A program made the translations under genes and the position numbers. Below, piece after piece: positions 20,452 through 29,439 of a stretch of DNA of 64,000 nt. Numbering within the stretch: the first letter of the stretch is position 1; every line of letters begins with the position of its first letter. The notes below the pieces were generated by a model. It saw only the letters and a program-made list of their open reading frames with translations. It was not told the DNA's origin and made no database searches. Where the stretch lies: the NCBI GenBank assembly GCA_016235085.1, contig JACRMA010000016.1, positions 10,425 to 74,424 on the forward strand. The letters run 5' to 3'. This stretch comes from Candidatus Zixiibacteriota bacterium. Its GTDB lineage: Bacteria; Zixibacteria; MSB-5A5; WJJR01.

Positions 20452-23400
20452 TCACTTCAACAGCACCATCTTCCGCGTCTGCTGCGCACCACCGACGGTC
20501 ACGCGATACAGATACAATCCGCTCGGGACCGATGCGCCGGATTGATCCACGCCGTCCCAAGTGAAGGTGTGCCGGCCCGGCAGCACGCTTTCCTCATTCC
20601 GGACAAAGACACGCTGCCCGAGAATATTGAAGACCTCCAACGCCGCCGGTCCAATCGACCGGGCATCGTAGGAGATGACTGTCGAGGCATTGAAGGGGTT
20701 GGGGTAGTTCTGGTGGAGGGAGAAGGCCAACGGTATTCCACTGCCGCCATCGCCGTCCGAGACATCAACCGGTGTGTCGCGGCCGGTGAAGCGCCAGTTG
20801 GGGGCGTCCGCGAACGACATCAGTTTGTGATCGTTTGCCATCCCGTGAATTGACGTCGAGTCGAGACTGACACGCCAGATGTCCCCAGCGTAATGGTATA
20901 CCAGCCTGCGGTCATCGGGGGCGAATGAGGGCCGACCCCAACTCGTGCCAGTCAGGGTAAGCACATCCAGCCTGTTCCTCTCCAAGTCCGCGCCCACCAC
21001 CGTCATCGACCCGGGGATCAGCGCAGCATCAAATGCGATAATGTTCGATCTAGTCTTCGCAACTGTTGGATTCCCGATCGTCACGCCTGTGGGAATGGCA
21101 GGGATGGCCCTCTGAATGACACCGGCCTTCGCATCCAGTGTGAGGATATCCCAGTACCAAATCGTGTCGTACTGTCTGGGCAGTCGATTCCAGCAGTCGT
21201 AGAAGATTTTCCGCCCCGTGATGTCCCATTCAAGAACATCCGCTTCGAAAACATCATGGGCTACGACCGAATCCGTGTATGTAGGCGTATAGAGCGCCCA
21301 AATTCGATCGCTGGCGCGCGTGGTATCGATGAGATCATAGATGTAAATCGTCGGGTCGAGAGATAGATCATACGCGAGCTGACGTCCATCTGGGGAGACA
21401 GAGATGTTGTTGAATATGATTCCTGGCGTCGAAATCTGGGCCTCCCCGATTCCTGTTGCCCCAACCGCACGGACCGCTTGGGTGGCATCAATGAAGAAGA
21501 CCACTTGAGCGGAGTCAGAAATAGATGGCTTCCTGGTCGCGATTCCGCTCGAAATCAAGTACTGGAAGTTTCCCGCAGTATCGAACCGGGCGACCCTCCC
21601 AGTGACATTATCAATCGCTGCGATCCACTGGGCACTGGTTGGAATAGGTTCGGTTCCGGGTGGTGGAGTGGGGGGGCCATCGAAGATTTCAACGGCATCG
21701 TACGCGGACACGATGGCATTGGTAATGGCAGTGTTACCAGGATAGAGTTCCGACGCGGATTGGAGCACACCTCGTCTGAGATCGATGAAGTGAGCACTAC
21801 TGGCCAGTTTCCCTGTCGTCAAGGCTCGGTAGTAGATTGTGTCGGCTTTCCCCCGACCGATCGCAGACGCAACCAAGTAGAACGCCCGATTGGTGACCCC
21901 GCTATTCTGATGCACACCGCCATGGTCGCCAGTCCCGTGGTAGTAGAGTGGGTCTGACATAGTCACTGGCTGTTTGCTACAAATGCAACAAATCCCGACC
22001 TTACTACTTGCCGGATCTGCCATGTCGCGAAGGGCATCACCTGGCACGCTCGGTGTGATGACATCTTCCCCAATCAACCAATTCCCGGATGATCCTTTGG
22101 CGTAGAACTCGACCATGGCACCGAAGATGTCTGCATAAGATTCGTTCATCGCTCCGGATTGGTCCTCATACACCAAGCCGGCGGTTGCACCGATAACCCC
22201 GTGCGCCATCTCGTGTCCAGTTACATCGAGCGCAGCCGCGAGATTGGAAGTGCAAATGCCGTTTCCGATGCCAAAGAACATGCATTGCGTCCCATTTGCG
22301 AAGAACGCATTGTTACCGGCGTACTTTGGCAATGAATCATTGACCACTGCGAGGATTGTTGATCCCGCACCGTCGATTCCGTTTCTCCCGTGAATTTGGA
22401 GAAAATAGTCGTAGACAATCCCCAAGTTCCATGAGGCGGAAACTGCTGAGGGGTTTCCCCAAGAAAGTTGGTTAGGGGTTCGCACGTAGAATAGCCCTGT
22501 GCTCGTATAGTTCCTGTCCAGGATCGTGATTGCTCCCTTGGGATTGTCGGGGAACGATGACGCACCAGCGTTGAACATCGATTTGGTCGTGTTGATCATG
22601 TAATACCACGACCCGACCTGATACGCATTCACTGTCCGTGTCAGCCCAAACAGGTCCACGCCCGACCCCACTACTGGTCCGTCGGAATACACGAACGACA
22701 CCTGATGCAAACACCCGCCGGTGACCGCGTCGATGAAGACGTCGTAGCCTTCGGTTGAGCCGAGCGACGTGCGCACCATCCAGGCCCAGTGGGGAGTCTG
22801 GTCGGAGTCGATGTAGACGACGAGCGTTGTGTTGCTGGTCTCGATTGGGGAGCGGTCCGCGAAGTGTGACTTGACCGCAACGACGGCTGCGGATGCGTCA
22901 ATCGCCGGGTTGATTCCGTCAAGCTGAATAGGCGTTGGGGCCCAGCGGCCGTTGATCAGGTTCATTCGTGAGTCGGATGTGAAATGGCAGTACAGGTCGC
23001 GCGCCCAGACATCGTGGCCGCGATAGGTTTGCTGGAAACGCACATGGGTCAGTCCCAACTGATCCGTTTGCTGGCTGACCGGTCGTAGCTCCGTCGCCGC
23101 ATTTCGCAATCCGAGGAATTCGGGAAGCTGGGAGAATGTCCCTGCAGCGACGCTTGTACGCAGGTCGTGACCGAGTTTGCCCAGCGGGGCCGAGGTCGGC
23201 AGCGTCAGGTCGTTACCCTTGATGAAGAATGGAGTGCGCGTGTCGGGGTCCCACCAAATCTCGACGTCCTTTGCGTTCTGGCCGCGCCATTCAGCCAATG
23301 CATCAAGCGCCTCCGGGGGGATTGGTGCGGTCTTTGTGCCGACGACGTGGATCTTGTCCAAACCGGACATCGCTGTCACGATGCGCCGTTTGATGGTTGC

Positions 23401-23556
23401 CTGCTGTTCCGCGGTGAGCGACGGGCCCGGCGGCCGCTTCGCCAACTGCGCGCCCAGCACCCCGGGCGGGGTGTTGATCTTATGCATTGCATGAATTGGC
23501 TGATTCAGGACAAATGAAGATACTCCCACAAGGACAACCACCCACACGCGCCGCAT
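20452..23556 (-). CDS. Secreted thermolysin-family (M4) metallopeptidase with propeller-like region and C-terminal FlgD-Ig/sorting-type domain
   Basis: FTP/PepSY-like prodomain, NNAFF, HEMAH, NESYAD, GGVHQNSG, LHQNYPNPFN...KMVLLK. Confidence 0.92.
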   Translation of the reverse strand: MRRVWVVVLVGVSSFVLNQPIHAMHKINTPPGVLGAQLAKRPPGPSLTAEQQATIKRRIVTAMSGLDKIHVVGTKTAPIPPEALDALAEWRGQNAKDVEIWWDPDTRTPFFIKGNDLTLPTSAPLGKLGHDLRTSVAAGTFSQLPEFLGLRNAATELRPVSQQTDQLGLTHVRFQQTYRGHDVWARDLYCHFTSDSRMNLINGRWAPTPIQLDGINPAIDASAAVVAVKSHFADRSPIETSNTTLVVYIDSDQTPHWAWMVRTSLGSTEGYDVFIDAVTGGCLHQVSFVYSDGPVVGSGVDLFGLTRTVNAYQVGSWYYMINTTKSMFNAGASSFPDNPKGAITILDRNYTSTGLFYVRTPNQLSWGNPSAVSASWNLGIVYDYFLQIHGRNGIDGAGSTILAVVNDSLPKYAGNNAFFANGTQCMFFGIGNGICTSNLAAALDVTGHEMAHGVIGATAGLVYEDQSGAMNESYADIFGAMVEFYAKGSSGNWLIGEDVITPSVPGDALRDMADPASSKVGICCICSKQPVTMSDPLYYHGTGDHGGVHQNSGVTNRAFYLVASAIGRGKADTIYYRALTTGKLASSAHFIDLRRGVLQSASELYPGNTAITNAIVSAYDAVEIFDGPPTPPPGTEPIPTSAQWIAAIDNVTGRVARFDTAGNFQYLISSGIATRKPSISDSAQVVFFIDATQAVRAVGATGIGEAQISTPGIIFNNISVSPDGRQLAYDLSLDPTIYIYDLIDTTRASDRIWALYTPTYTDSVVAHDVFEADVLEWDITGRKIFYDCWNRLPRQYDTIWYWDILTLDAKAGVIQRAIPAIPTGVTIGNPTVAKTRSNIIAFDAALIPGSMTVVGADLERNRLDVLTLTGTSWGRPSFAPDDRRLVYHYAGDIWRVSLDSTSIHGMANDHKLMSFADAPNWRFTGRDTPVDVSDGDGGSGIPLAFSLHQNYPNPFNASTVISYDARSIGPAALEVFNILGQRVFVRNEESVLPGRHTFTWDGVDQSGASVPSGLYLYRVTVGGAQQTRKMVLLK

Positions 23557-23670
23557 GCGCCACCTCCTAATTGTCTACTGCCCCCAACAGTTACGGCCGG
23601 TACTGCAACGGCAAGATAGTACGTTGACAACGCAGGGCAATCATTTTCTCGTGATTTCGTAAATCGAATT

Positions 23671-23815
23671 GGTGGCCCACCAGGAGTCCTGTCCGCGATA
23701 GCGGACAGGACGGATGGTGGGGTTCTTCGCGGGGGGGGGCGGTCTTTGGGGAGGCCCTGCCGCGCCCCACCATCCGCGCATTCGCCTGCGGCGAATGCGC
23801 TCCTGGTGGGCCACC
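23671..23815. repeat. Perfect four-way-junction palindromic element
   Basis: Four abutting stems of 16, 10, 12 and 10 bp with no unpaired junction bases. Confidence 0.8.
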
Positions 23816-23912
23816 GGTGCGAGTGCATCACTTCCTGAAAGAACGCGGAAACTCCCGCTTCTGCCGTCCGTAGTATGATCGAGTGTAACGTTGTTCAAGA
23901 TTGGAGTCTCAT

Positions 23913-24926
23913 ATGACATTAGCTGAACTCGAACAGTTTCGCGATATCCTTACCGAACGGCGGGAGGGATTGCGCGAATGGCTGATGATCAACGAATCGG
24001 AGTACGCCGGCGGGGCGGAGAAAGTGCGGACGCTGCTCAACGAGATTAAGGACGCGCTTCAGCATGTCGAGGCGGGAGATTTCGGATTGTGCACGGTCTG
24101 CAAGGGAGAAATCGAACTGCAGCGTCTGGAGACGCAGCCGGTCGCGACGGTTTGTCTCGAATGTATCACCGAGGCGGAGCGGAATCTGTTGGCCGAGGAA
24201 CTGACGTTGGCGGGCAAGATCCATCGCGCGCTTCTGCCGCAGCGGGTCGAGAAGATCGACGGATTCGAGATGGCCGTGCACTCAGTTGCAGCGGGTGTAG
24301 TCGGTGGCGACTATTACGATTTCCTTCCGGCCACGGGTGGGGGATTGACGCGCGTGATCATCGCCGATGCGATGGGGAAGGGAATCCCGGCGGGGATGGT
24401 CATGTCGAATTTGCAGGGAGCGTTGCGTGTGATCGCTGAGGAGACCGATTCACCGGCGCGGTTGATCTCGCGCGTGAACCATTGGCTCTGCCGCAATCTG
24501 CCGGTCCCGAAATTCATCTCGCTTGCGTGCGTGGGCCTGGGATCGACTGCGGGGAAGGAAACCAAAATCGTGCATGCCAATGCCGGACATTGTGCGCCGG
24601 TTCTCGTACGCGGCGACGGCTCGATGGAATCGTTCGATGCCACCGGGACCGTGATCGGCGTCCACGAGGATTTCGCCTATGAGGAATGTTCCACGGCGAT
24701 GCACCCAGGGGACATTCTATTCTTCTATACCGACGGTGTGACCGAAGCGGAAAATCCGAAAGGGGAGATGTTCGAGACGGAACGGCTTACCGATCTGGTC
24801 CGCACCATGCGCAGACGGCCGATGGCGGAACTCGTCGGTGGTGTGCTCGGTGAACTGCAGTCGTTCACCGGCCGCTTGGAATTCGACGACGATCTGACGG
24901 TGATTGCATTGCGCAAAACGGGGTGA
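23913..24926 (+). CDS. DksA/TraR-type C4 zinc finger fused to SpoIIE/RsbU PP2C phosphatase
   Basis: CTVC-x17-CLEC; VGGDYYD, IADAMGKG, NAGH, TDGVTE, DDLT. Confidence 0.9.
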   Translation: MTLAELEQFRDILTERREGLREWLMINESEYAGGAEKVRTLLNEIKDALQHVEAGDFGLCTVCKGEIELQRLETQPVATVCLECITEAERNLLAEELTLAGKIHRALLPQRVEKIDGFEMAVHSVAAGVVGGDYYDFLPATGGGLTRVIIADAMGKGIPAGMVMSNLQGALRVIAEETDSPARLISRVNHWLCRNLPVPKFISLACVGLGSTAGKETKIVHANAGHCAPVLVRGDGSMESFDATGTVIGVHEDFAYEECSTAMHPGDILFFYTDGVTEAENPKGEMFETERLTDLVRTMRRRPMAELVGGVLGELQSFTGRLEFDDDLTVIALRKTG

Positions 24927-24950
24927 TTGACTCCATTCGAATCGGTTTCG

Positions 24951-25059
24951 TTGTAGCGTAGCCCCTTGTGGGCGTTGGATGATTTCGCTACCACGATCCA
25001 ATTGCGCGATAGGTTGCTCCGGGGACCACGGCGAACGGGCACAAGGCCCTAAGCTACAA
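24951..25059. repeat. Inverted GTAG-type REP pair
   Basis: TTGTAGCGTAGCCCCTTGTGGGCGTT ... AACGGGCACAAGGCCCTAAGCTACAA. Confidence 0.7.
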
Positions 25060-25109
25060 GACCCATTTCGGCTCTGTCCGATCCGTCTTTACCCGCCGCT
25101 GCGCCCCGC

Positions 25110-25961
25110 TTACATGAAGTACTTCTTCTGCGCATGCACGGCATCGCCGAATGTCCGCATGAATTGCATATCGTCGTCGGAGAGCGGACCAGCTTCGATC
25201 GCTGCGAGGTTCTCGCGAAGTTGCTTGATATTCGATGGCGCCGTCAGACAGACGTCGACATTCGGATTGGACAATACGAATCGGTAGCACATCGCCGCCG
25301 TCGGGATTCGTTCGTTCTTGGGCCAATTTCGCGGACGGCGGAGTAGATACGACCACCGCGTCGCCGTGTAACTGATCACGCCGGGATTGTATGGTCGTAG
25401 ATGGGGGAAGATCTCCTCCTCGGCGCCGCGATGGGCGGCGTTGTAGCGCATCATCATCGTGTCGAGAACTCCCTCCGTGGCAAGCTCCGCGTGAAATTTC
25501 CGGTCATGGCCGGAAATGCCGATGCAGCGCACTTTCCCCTCTTCACGAAACCGCACGAGTTCTGATTCGACCTCGTCGGTCAGATGCTTCGGTTTCGTCA
25601 CACCGAGGAACAGAAAGACGTCGATGTGATCGGTGCCGAGTTTGCGCAACCGTTTCTCAAGAGTCCGGCGCAGATTGGTGTGGCCCCAGATCAGATTATA
25701 GGCACCGGTGGCTACGACGATATTCTTCCGGCCGGCTTTCAGGACGTCACGTACGACGCTCACCGCCTGCGTATCGAATCCATAGCAGAAGACGAAGTTT
25801 ACTCCCCGGTCGATTGCCTCGTGAATGGCCGCCTTGCCGGGGCGATAGGTTGCCGCCAAACCCATGCGGTGGACTGGGATACCGGAATCCCCCAGGTTGG
25901 CTGTGCTGAAGTCCCTTGTCATCGGATTGTAACCGTCGTCTCGGGTTAACGTCTTTTCCAT
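25110..25961 (-). CDS. Aldo/keto reductase family protein (start may be 25922)
   Basis: LRKLGTDHIDVF, GKVRCIGISGH, RFVLSNP.V. Confidence 0.85.
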   Translation of the reverse strand: MEKTLTRDDGYNPMTRDFSTANLGDSGIPVHRMGLAATYRPGKAAIHEAIDRGVNFVFCYGFDTQAVSVVRDVLKAGRKNIVVATGAYNLIWGHTNLRRTLEKRLRKLGTDHIDVFLFLGVTKPKHLTDEVESELVRFREEGKVRCIGISGHDRKFHAELATEGVLDTMMMRYNAAHRGAEEEIFPHLRPYNPGVISYTATRWSYLLRRPRNWPKNERIPTAAMCYRFVLSNPNVDVCLTAPSNIKQLRENLAAIEAGPLSDDDMQFMRTFGDAVHAQKKYFM

Positions 25962-26143
25962 AAGCAACTCACTCCGTGCCGTGCAGACAACCTGATTATT
26001 CAGGCATCCGGCATGTTTTATCTTGACAATTATTGTCATTTTTGGAACTTCGTGTTCGAATGCAGGGTGAAATAGCCCTGTTAAGATTGATCCCCGAGGA
26101 GTGGGGACCGTGTACTCTAATCACTCAACGGAGGTAGGAACAC

Positions 26144-26521
26144 GTGTTGAAACGCACTCTGGTCATCGGTACAGCCCTCGCAGTGCTGATCGCGATGGGC
26201 CCGCTGTCCGCGTTTGCCCAAGGGACTGCCAAGACGGCTGACAAGGCATCGGCGGCCCCCAAGGCTTCCGCGACAGCCAAGACGCATGCTATGGGCAGCC
26301 CAGTCGCCAATGAGATCGCGGTTTGCGGTTGTGGAAAGATCTTCGTTCCCGACGCCAGCACCCAGTATCTCGAGTACAGCGGCAAGCGGTACGCCTGTTG
26401 CACCGAGGGCTGTCACAAGATGGCAGCAGCCAATCCGGAAGCGGCGGCCAAGATGTCTGACGAGAATCTTGCCAAGGCCATGGCGACATTGAATCCGCCG
26501 GCAGCCAAGCCGTCCAACTAA
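26144..26521 (+). CDS. Secreted TRASH/YHS-like metal-binding protein
   Basis: GGAGG RBS, signal peptide, CGCG...YSGKRYACCTEGC. Confidence 0.7.
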   Translation: MLKRTLVIGTALAVLIAMGPLSAFAQGTAKTADKASAAPKASATAKTHAMGSPVANEIAVCGCGKIFVPDASTQYLEYSGKRYACCTEGCHKMAAANPEAAAKMSDENLAKAMATLNPPAAKPSN

Positions 26522-26558
26522 ACTCTCGGCTCGTTCGGATCGCGAACCATCGGCGAAG

Positions 26559-26586
26559 AGCCCCGCGAATGCGGGGCTTTTTGTTT
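26559..26586 (+). terminator. Intrinsic terminator
   Basis: AGCCCCGC-GAAT-GCGGGGCT followed by TTTTGTTT. Confidence 0.85.
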
Positions 26587-26622
26587 ACGGGCCGCGCCAG
26601 TCGCGTCGCGAGTTCCCCTGAT

Positions 26623-26863
26623 GTCTTTCCCGCGAAAGCGGGAGGCCAACGTGTGAGGGCGCGACTGGTTTCCCGCTTTCGCGGGAATGACGAAGGGGGC
26701 GGGAATGACGAAGGGGGCGGGAATGACGAAGGGGGTGGGGAGACGTAGCGACGGGAGTGACGAAGGAGCGGGGCGGCCGTAACGACGGGAATGGCGTCGG
26801 GACGGAAATGACGAAGGAGCGGGACTGCCGTAGCGACGGGAATGGCGTCGGGACGGAAATGAC
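26623..26863. repeat. GTCATTCCCGCG-family repeat with tandem tail (3 x 18 bp, then 2 x 51 bp)
   Basis: GCGGGAATGACGAAGGGG at 26681, 26699, 26717; near-identical 51-mers at 26759 and 26810. Confidence 0.85.
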
Positions 26864-26907
26864 AAAGGGATAGTCTCTACTGAGGGCGAATGCTCGCCTC
26901 TGCGCTC

Positions 26908-27918
26908 TTAGACTCCCTCAGTGTGGCAGGAGCGGCATAGGCCGGGGTAGGCCGTGCCACTTCCCTCTTCGCCAACCGGAGAATTCCCCAGGCTATCCGG
27001 GAGGATCAGTGCGAACGATCGCTTATTGCCATGGGCACGGTGACACGTGAAACATGAGGGTGTGATTGTGGCGGGGGCATTGGTCCATTGAGACCCCTGT
27101 GTGCCCCATTCGCCAGTCGGGCTCATGACCTTGACCCGGTAGTTCCGGCTTTGGAACCAAGTGAGCATGTCGCCAGCGATCTGTGCGTCGGCCGTCGGAT
27201 GCCGGAGCCAGGCGTTCTCCGACTTCATCACGGCGTCGGTAGAACTGCCATGGAAGGTCGTATGGCATTGGCGGCAGAACGCACCGTAGTAAGACGAATC
27301 CGCTTTGGGCTCGTTGAAATCGATATTGCCGATGTCGTAATGGTTGTATCCCCCATTCAGCCGCTCAAAGACATCCCTTGTGAGATCATTAGTTCCAACC
27401 GCGTAGGAAAGGACCACTGAATTGGGGCCTGAGAGGTTGCGGTATGGATTGACCGCGTGCGGACCGCCGATTCCATGCGGGCTGTGGCAGTCGATGCAGT
27501 CTAATCCGGCACCGTTGCTCCAGGTTCCGCCGGGGGCGGTAGCCGTCGATCCGAGCGTGTGCCCATCGGCATCCCGGTACGGATTGATGTTATGCTGATT
27601 GAGCGCGCCTCCCTGGCGGCCCAATGTCGGCGCAGGGCCGCCGTTGACTTCAAGCACGTCGGGGGCAAATGTCTGGTTGTCATGGCAGGACAGGCACAAA
27701 GTGTTGATCGAATTGCGCAAGAGAGTTGGATAGGGGGCAGCGCCTCCGATCACCGTTCGGTACCCGCCGCCGTCGCTATTGTAGCCATGCTGCATTGAGC
27801 CGTGCATGACGTGGCATTCGTTGCAATTCAGCGTGCGGTTGTAGTGATAATCCCCGGCGACGGCCTGTTGCACGGCCAGCAGTGCCACTCCTGCTACCAG
27901 AATCGTTGCGATTCGCAT
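26908..27918 (-). CDS. Secreted hexaheme c-type cytochrome, OmcS-like
   Basis: Signal peptide; CNECH, CLSCH, CIDCH, CRQCH, CFTCH, CRSCH; TAPGGT, LRHP, CHRAH motifs. Confidence 0.85.
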   Translation of the reverse strand: MRIATILVAGVALLAVQQAVAGDYHYNRTLNCNECHVMHGSMQHGYNSDGGGYRTVIGGAAPYPTLLRNSINTLCLSCHDNQTFAPDVLEVNGGPAPTLGRQGGALNQHNINPYRDADGHTLGSTATAPGGTWSNGAGLDCIDCHSPHGIGGPHAVNPYRNLSGPNSVVLSYAVGTNDLTRDVFERLNGGYNHYDIGNIDFNEPKADSSYYGAFCRQCHTTFHGSSTDAVMKSENAWLRHPTADAQIAGDMLTWFQSRNYRVKVMSPTGEWGTQGSQWTNAPATITPSCFTCHRAHGNKRSFALILPDSLGNSPVGEEGSGTAYPGLCRSCHTEGV

Positions 27919-28124
27919 AGGACCCCCGTTGAGTGGTTGGGTCATCACGGTTCATGCATGCAACGTGACCGCCACGAGGCGGTCACGCTATCGTACAATC
28001 ACGAACGGTGCACCCATTGATCCCGTCAATGGAAATCATGACACCCCGGGGTACTATGTGCGGCGGAACTGACAACTTTCGCCGTTTCGCACCCAGCTTG
28101 AGCGCATTCCGTCGGTCAAACCCT

Positions 28125-29414
28125 CTATGTCCGGGCCGCGTTCGCCGCCGGCCGGTGCTCGAACCTCCGGCCCACGAAGTAGAACGCAATGGTGACCGCA
28201 ATGATCATGAGCGTCATCATGCCGAAGAAATTGCCCGGTGTCGTCACGGTGTAGATCCGCGAGAATAGTCCTGCTAACGTGTCGCCCAGGAAGACGGTAC
28301 ACAGCCAGATTCCGGTGATCATCGATTTCATGCTCTCGGGAGCTTCCTCAAACGCCCGTTGAAGGCCGACCACCGAAATGCACAATTCGGCCAGGGTCAT
28401 CAGGATGTAGGCGCCCACTTCCCAGAGGATTGAAATCTTCTCGGCGCCGGAAATGTATCCGGCCAATGTCATCACGCTCATGCACAAGATCACGAGGAAG
28501 AATCCGATGAGCATAATTCTGGGCGAGGTCAGCCTGCGTTTTACGTCCCGGTCTGCCTTGGCTCTGAACCAGACGAACAAGGGCGAGAAGACAACGATCA
28601 GAACAGGATTGAAGCCCTGGATCGCATCCGGGGGGATGCGCCCGAAGGGGGTGTCCAGAAGCAGGTAGTCGCGGGCGAATAATGTCCAGGTGGAATAGGA
28701 TTGATCAAACACAGACCAGAAGAAGACGATCAACGCGAACAGCCCCGAAAGCCTGCCGAGCGTTGCCCATTCCAATTTCCGCTGCTCGGGGGTTTTGACC
28801 ACCCTGGCATCCGCGCGGACATCCTCCTTCGGGTAATGCTTCTTGCCAAGGTAGAAGATGAACAGGGAAACTGCCATGAGGATCGTGGGTGCCATGAAGG
28901 CAGCGCTGTAGCCATAGCGGTCACGAACAAACGGCAACGCCCAGGTGGTAATCGCGGCCCCGATGTTAATGGCCATATAGAACCAGGAGAAGGCCTGCGA
29001 CATCAGGTGAGACTTGCCCTGTTCCTGATACATCTTCCCCATCAGGGTGCTGACGTTTGGCTTGACGGCTCCCGATCCTCCCGCCAGGAGCGCCAGCGCG
29101 ACGTACAGCCCGACTTCGGTGTTGAATGTGCCGAGGATGATGTGCCCCAGGATGTACGGGATCGCGAAATAGATAATCGTGCGGAACTTCCCCAACCAGC
29201 GGTCGGCAATGTATCCACCGAGAATCGGCAGGATATAGGCACCGGCGGTGAAGAACGAAACCACGGTCGCACTATTGGCGTCAGAGTAGCCCATCTTGTT
29301 GATCATGTACAGCAACAACAAAGTCTTCATGCCGTAGAAGCTGGCGCGTTCTGCGAGCTCGCCGCAGAAGATGAACCAGAAGCCGCGTGGGTGACGATTT
29401 TGTTCGGATGCCAT
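28125..29414 (-). CDS. POT/PTR-family proton-dependent oligopeptide transporter
   Basis: ELAERASFYGM, FY.AINIG. Confidence 0.93.
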   Translation of the reverse strand: MASEQNRHPRGFWFIFCGELAERASFYGMKTLLLLYMINKMGYSDANSATVVSFFTAGAYILPILGGYIADRWLGKFRTIIYFAIPYILGHIILGTFNTEVGLYVALALLAGGSGAVKPNVSTLMGKMYQEQGKSHLMSQAFSWFYMAINIGAAITTWALPFVRDRYGYSAAFMAPTILMAVSLFIFYLGKKHYPKEDVRADARVVKTPEQRKLEWATLGRLSGLFALIVFFWSVFDQSYSTWTLFARDYLLLDTPFGRIPPDAIQGFNPVLIVVFSPLFVWFRAKADRDVKRRLTSPRIMLIGFFLVILCMSVMTLAGYISGAEKISILWEVGAYILMTLAELCISVVGLQRAFEEAPESMKSMITGIWLCTVFLGDTLAGLFSRIYTVTTPGNFFGMMTLMIIAVTIAFYFVGRRFEHRPAANAART

Positions 29415-29439
29415 GCGATAGTCCCCTCGGTGGATGATT

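Noticed and set aside
23731..23739. G9 tract as phase-variation switch
   Set aside because: Non-coding, inside a stem arm, no clear promoter spacing role.
26681..26863. Possible CRISPR array
   Set aside because: Units are tandem duplicates without unique spacers; no cas genes.
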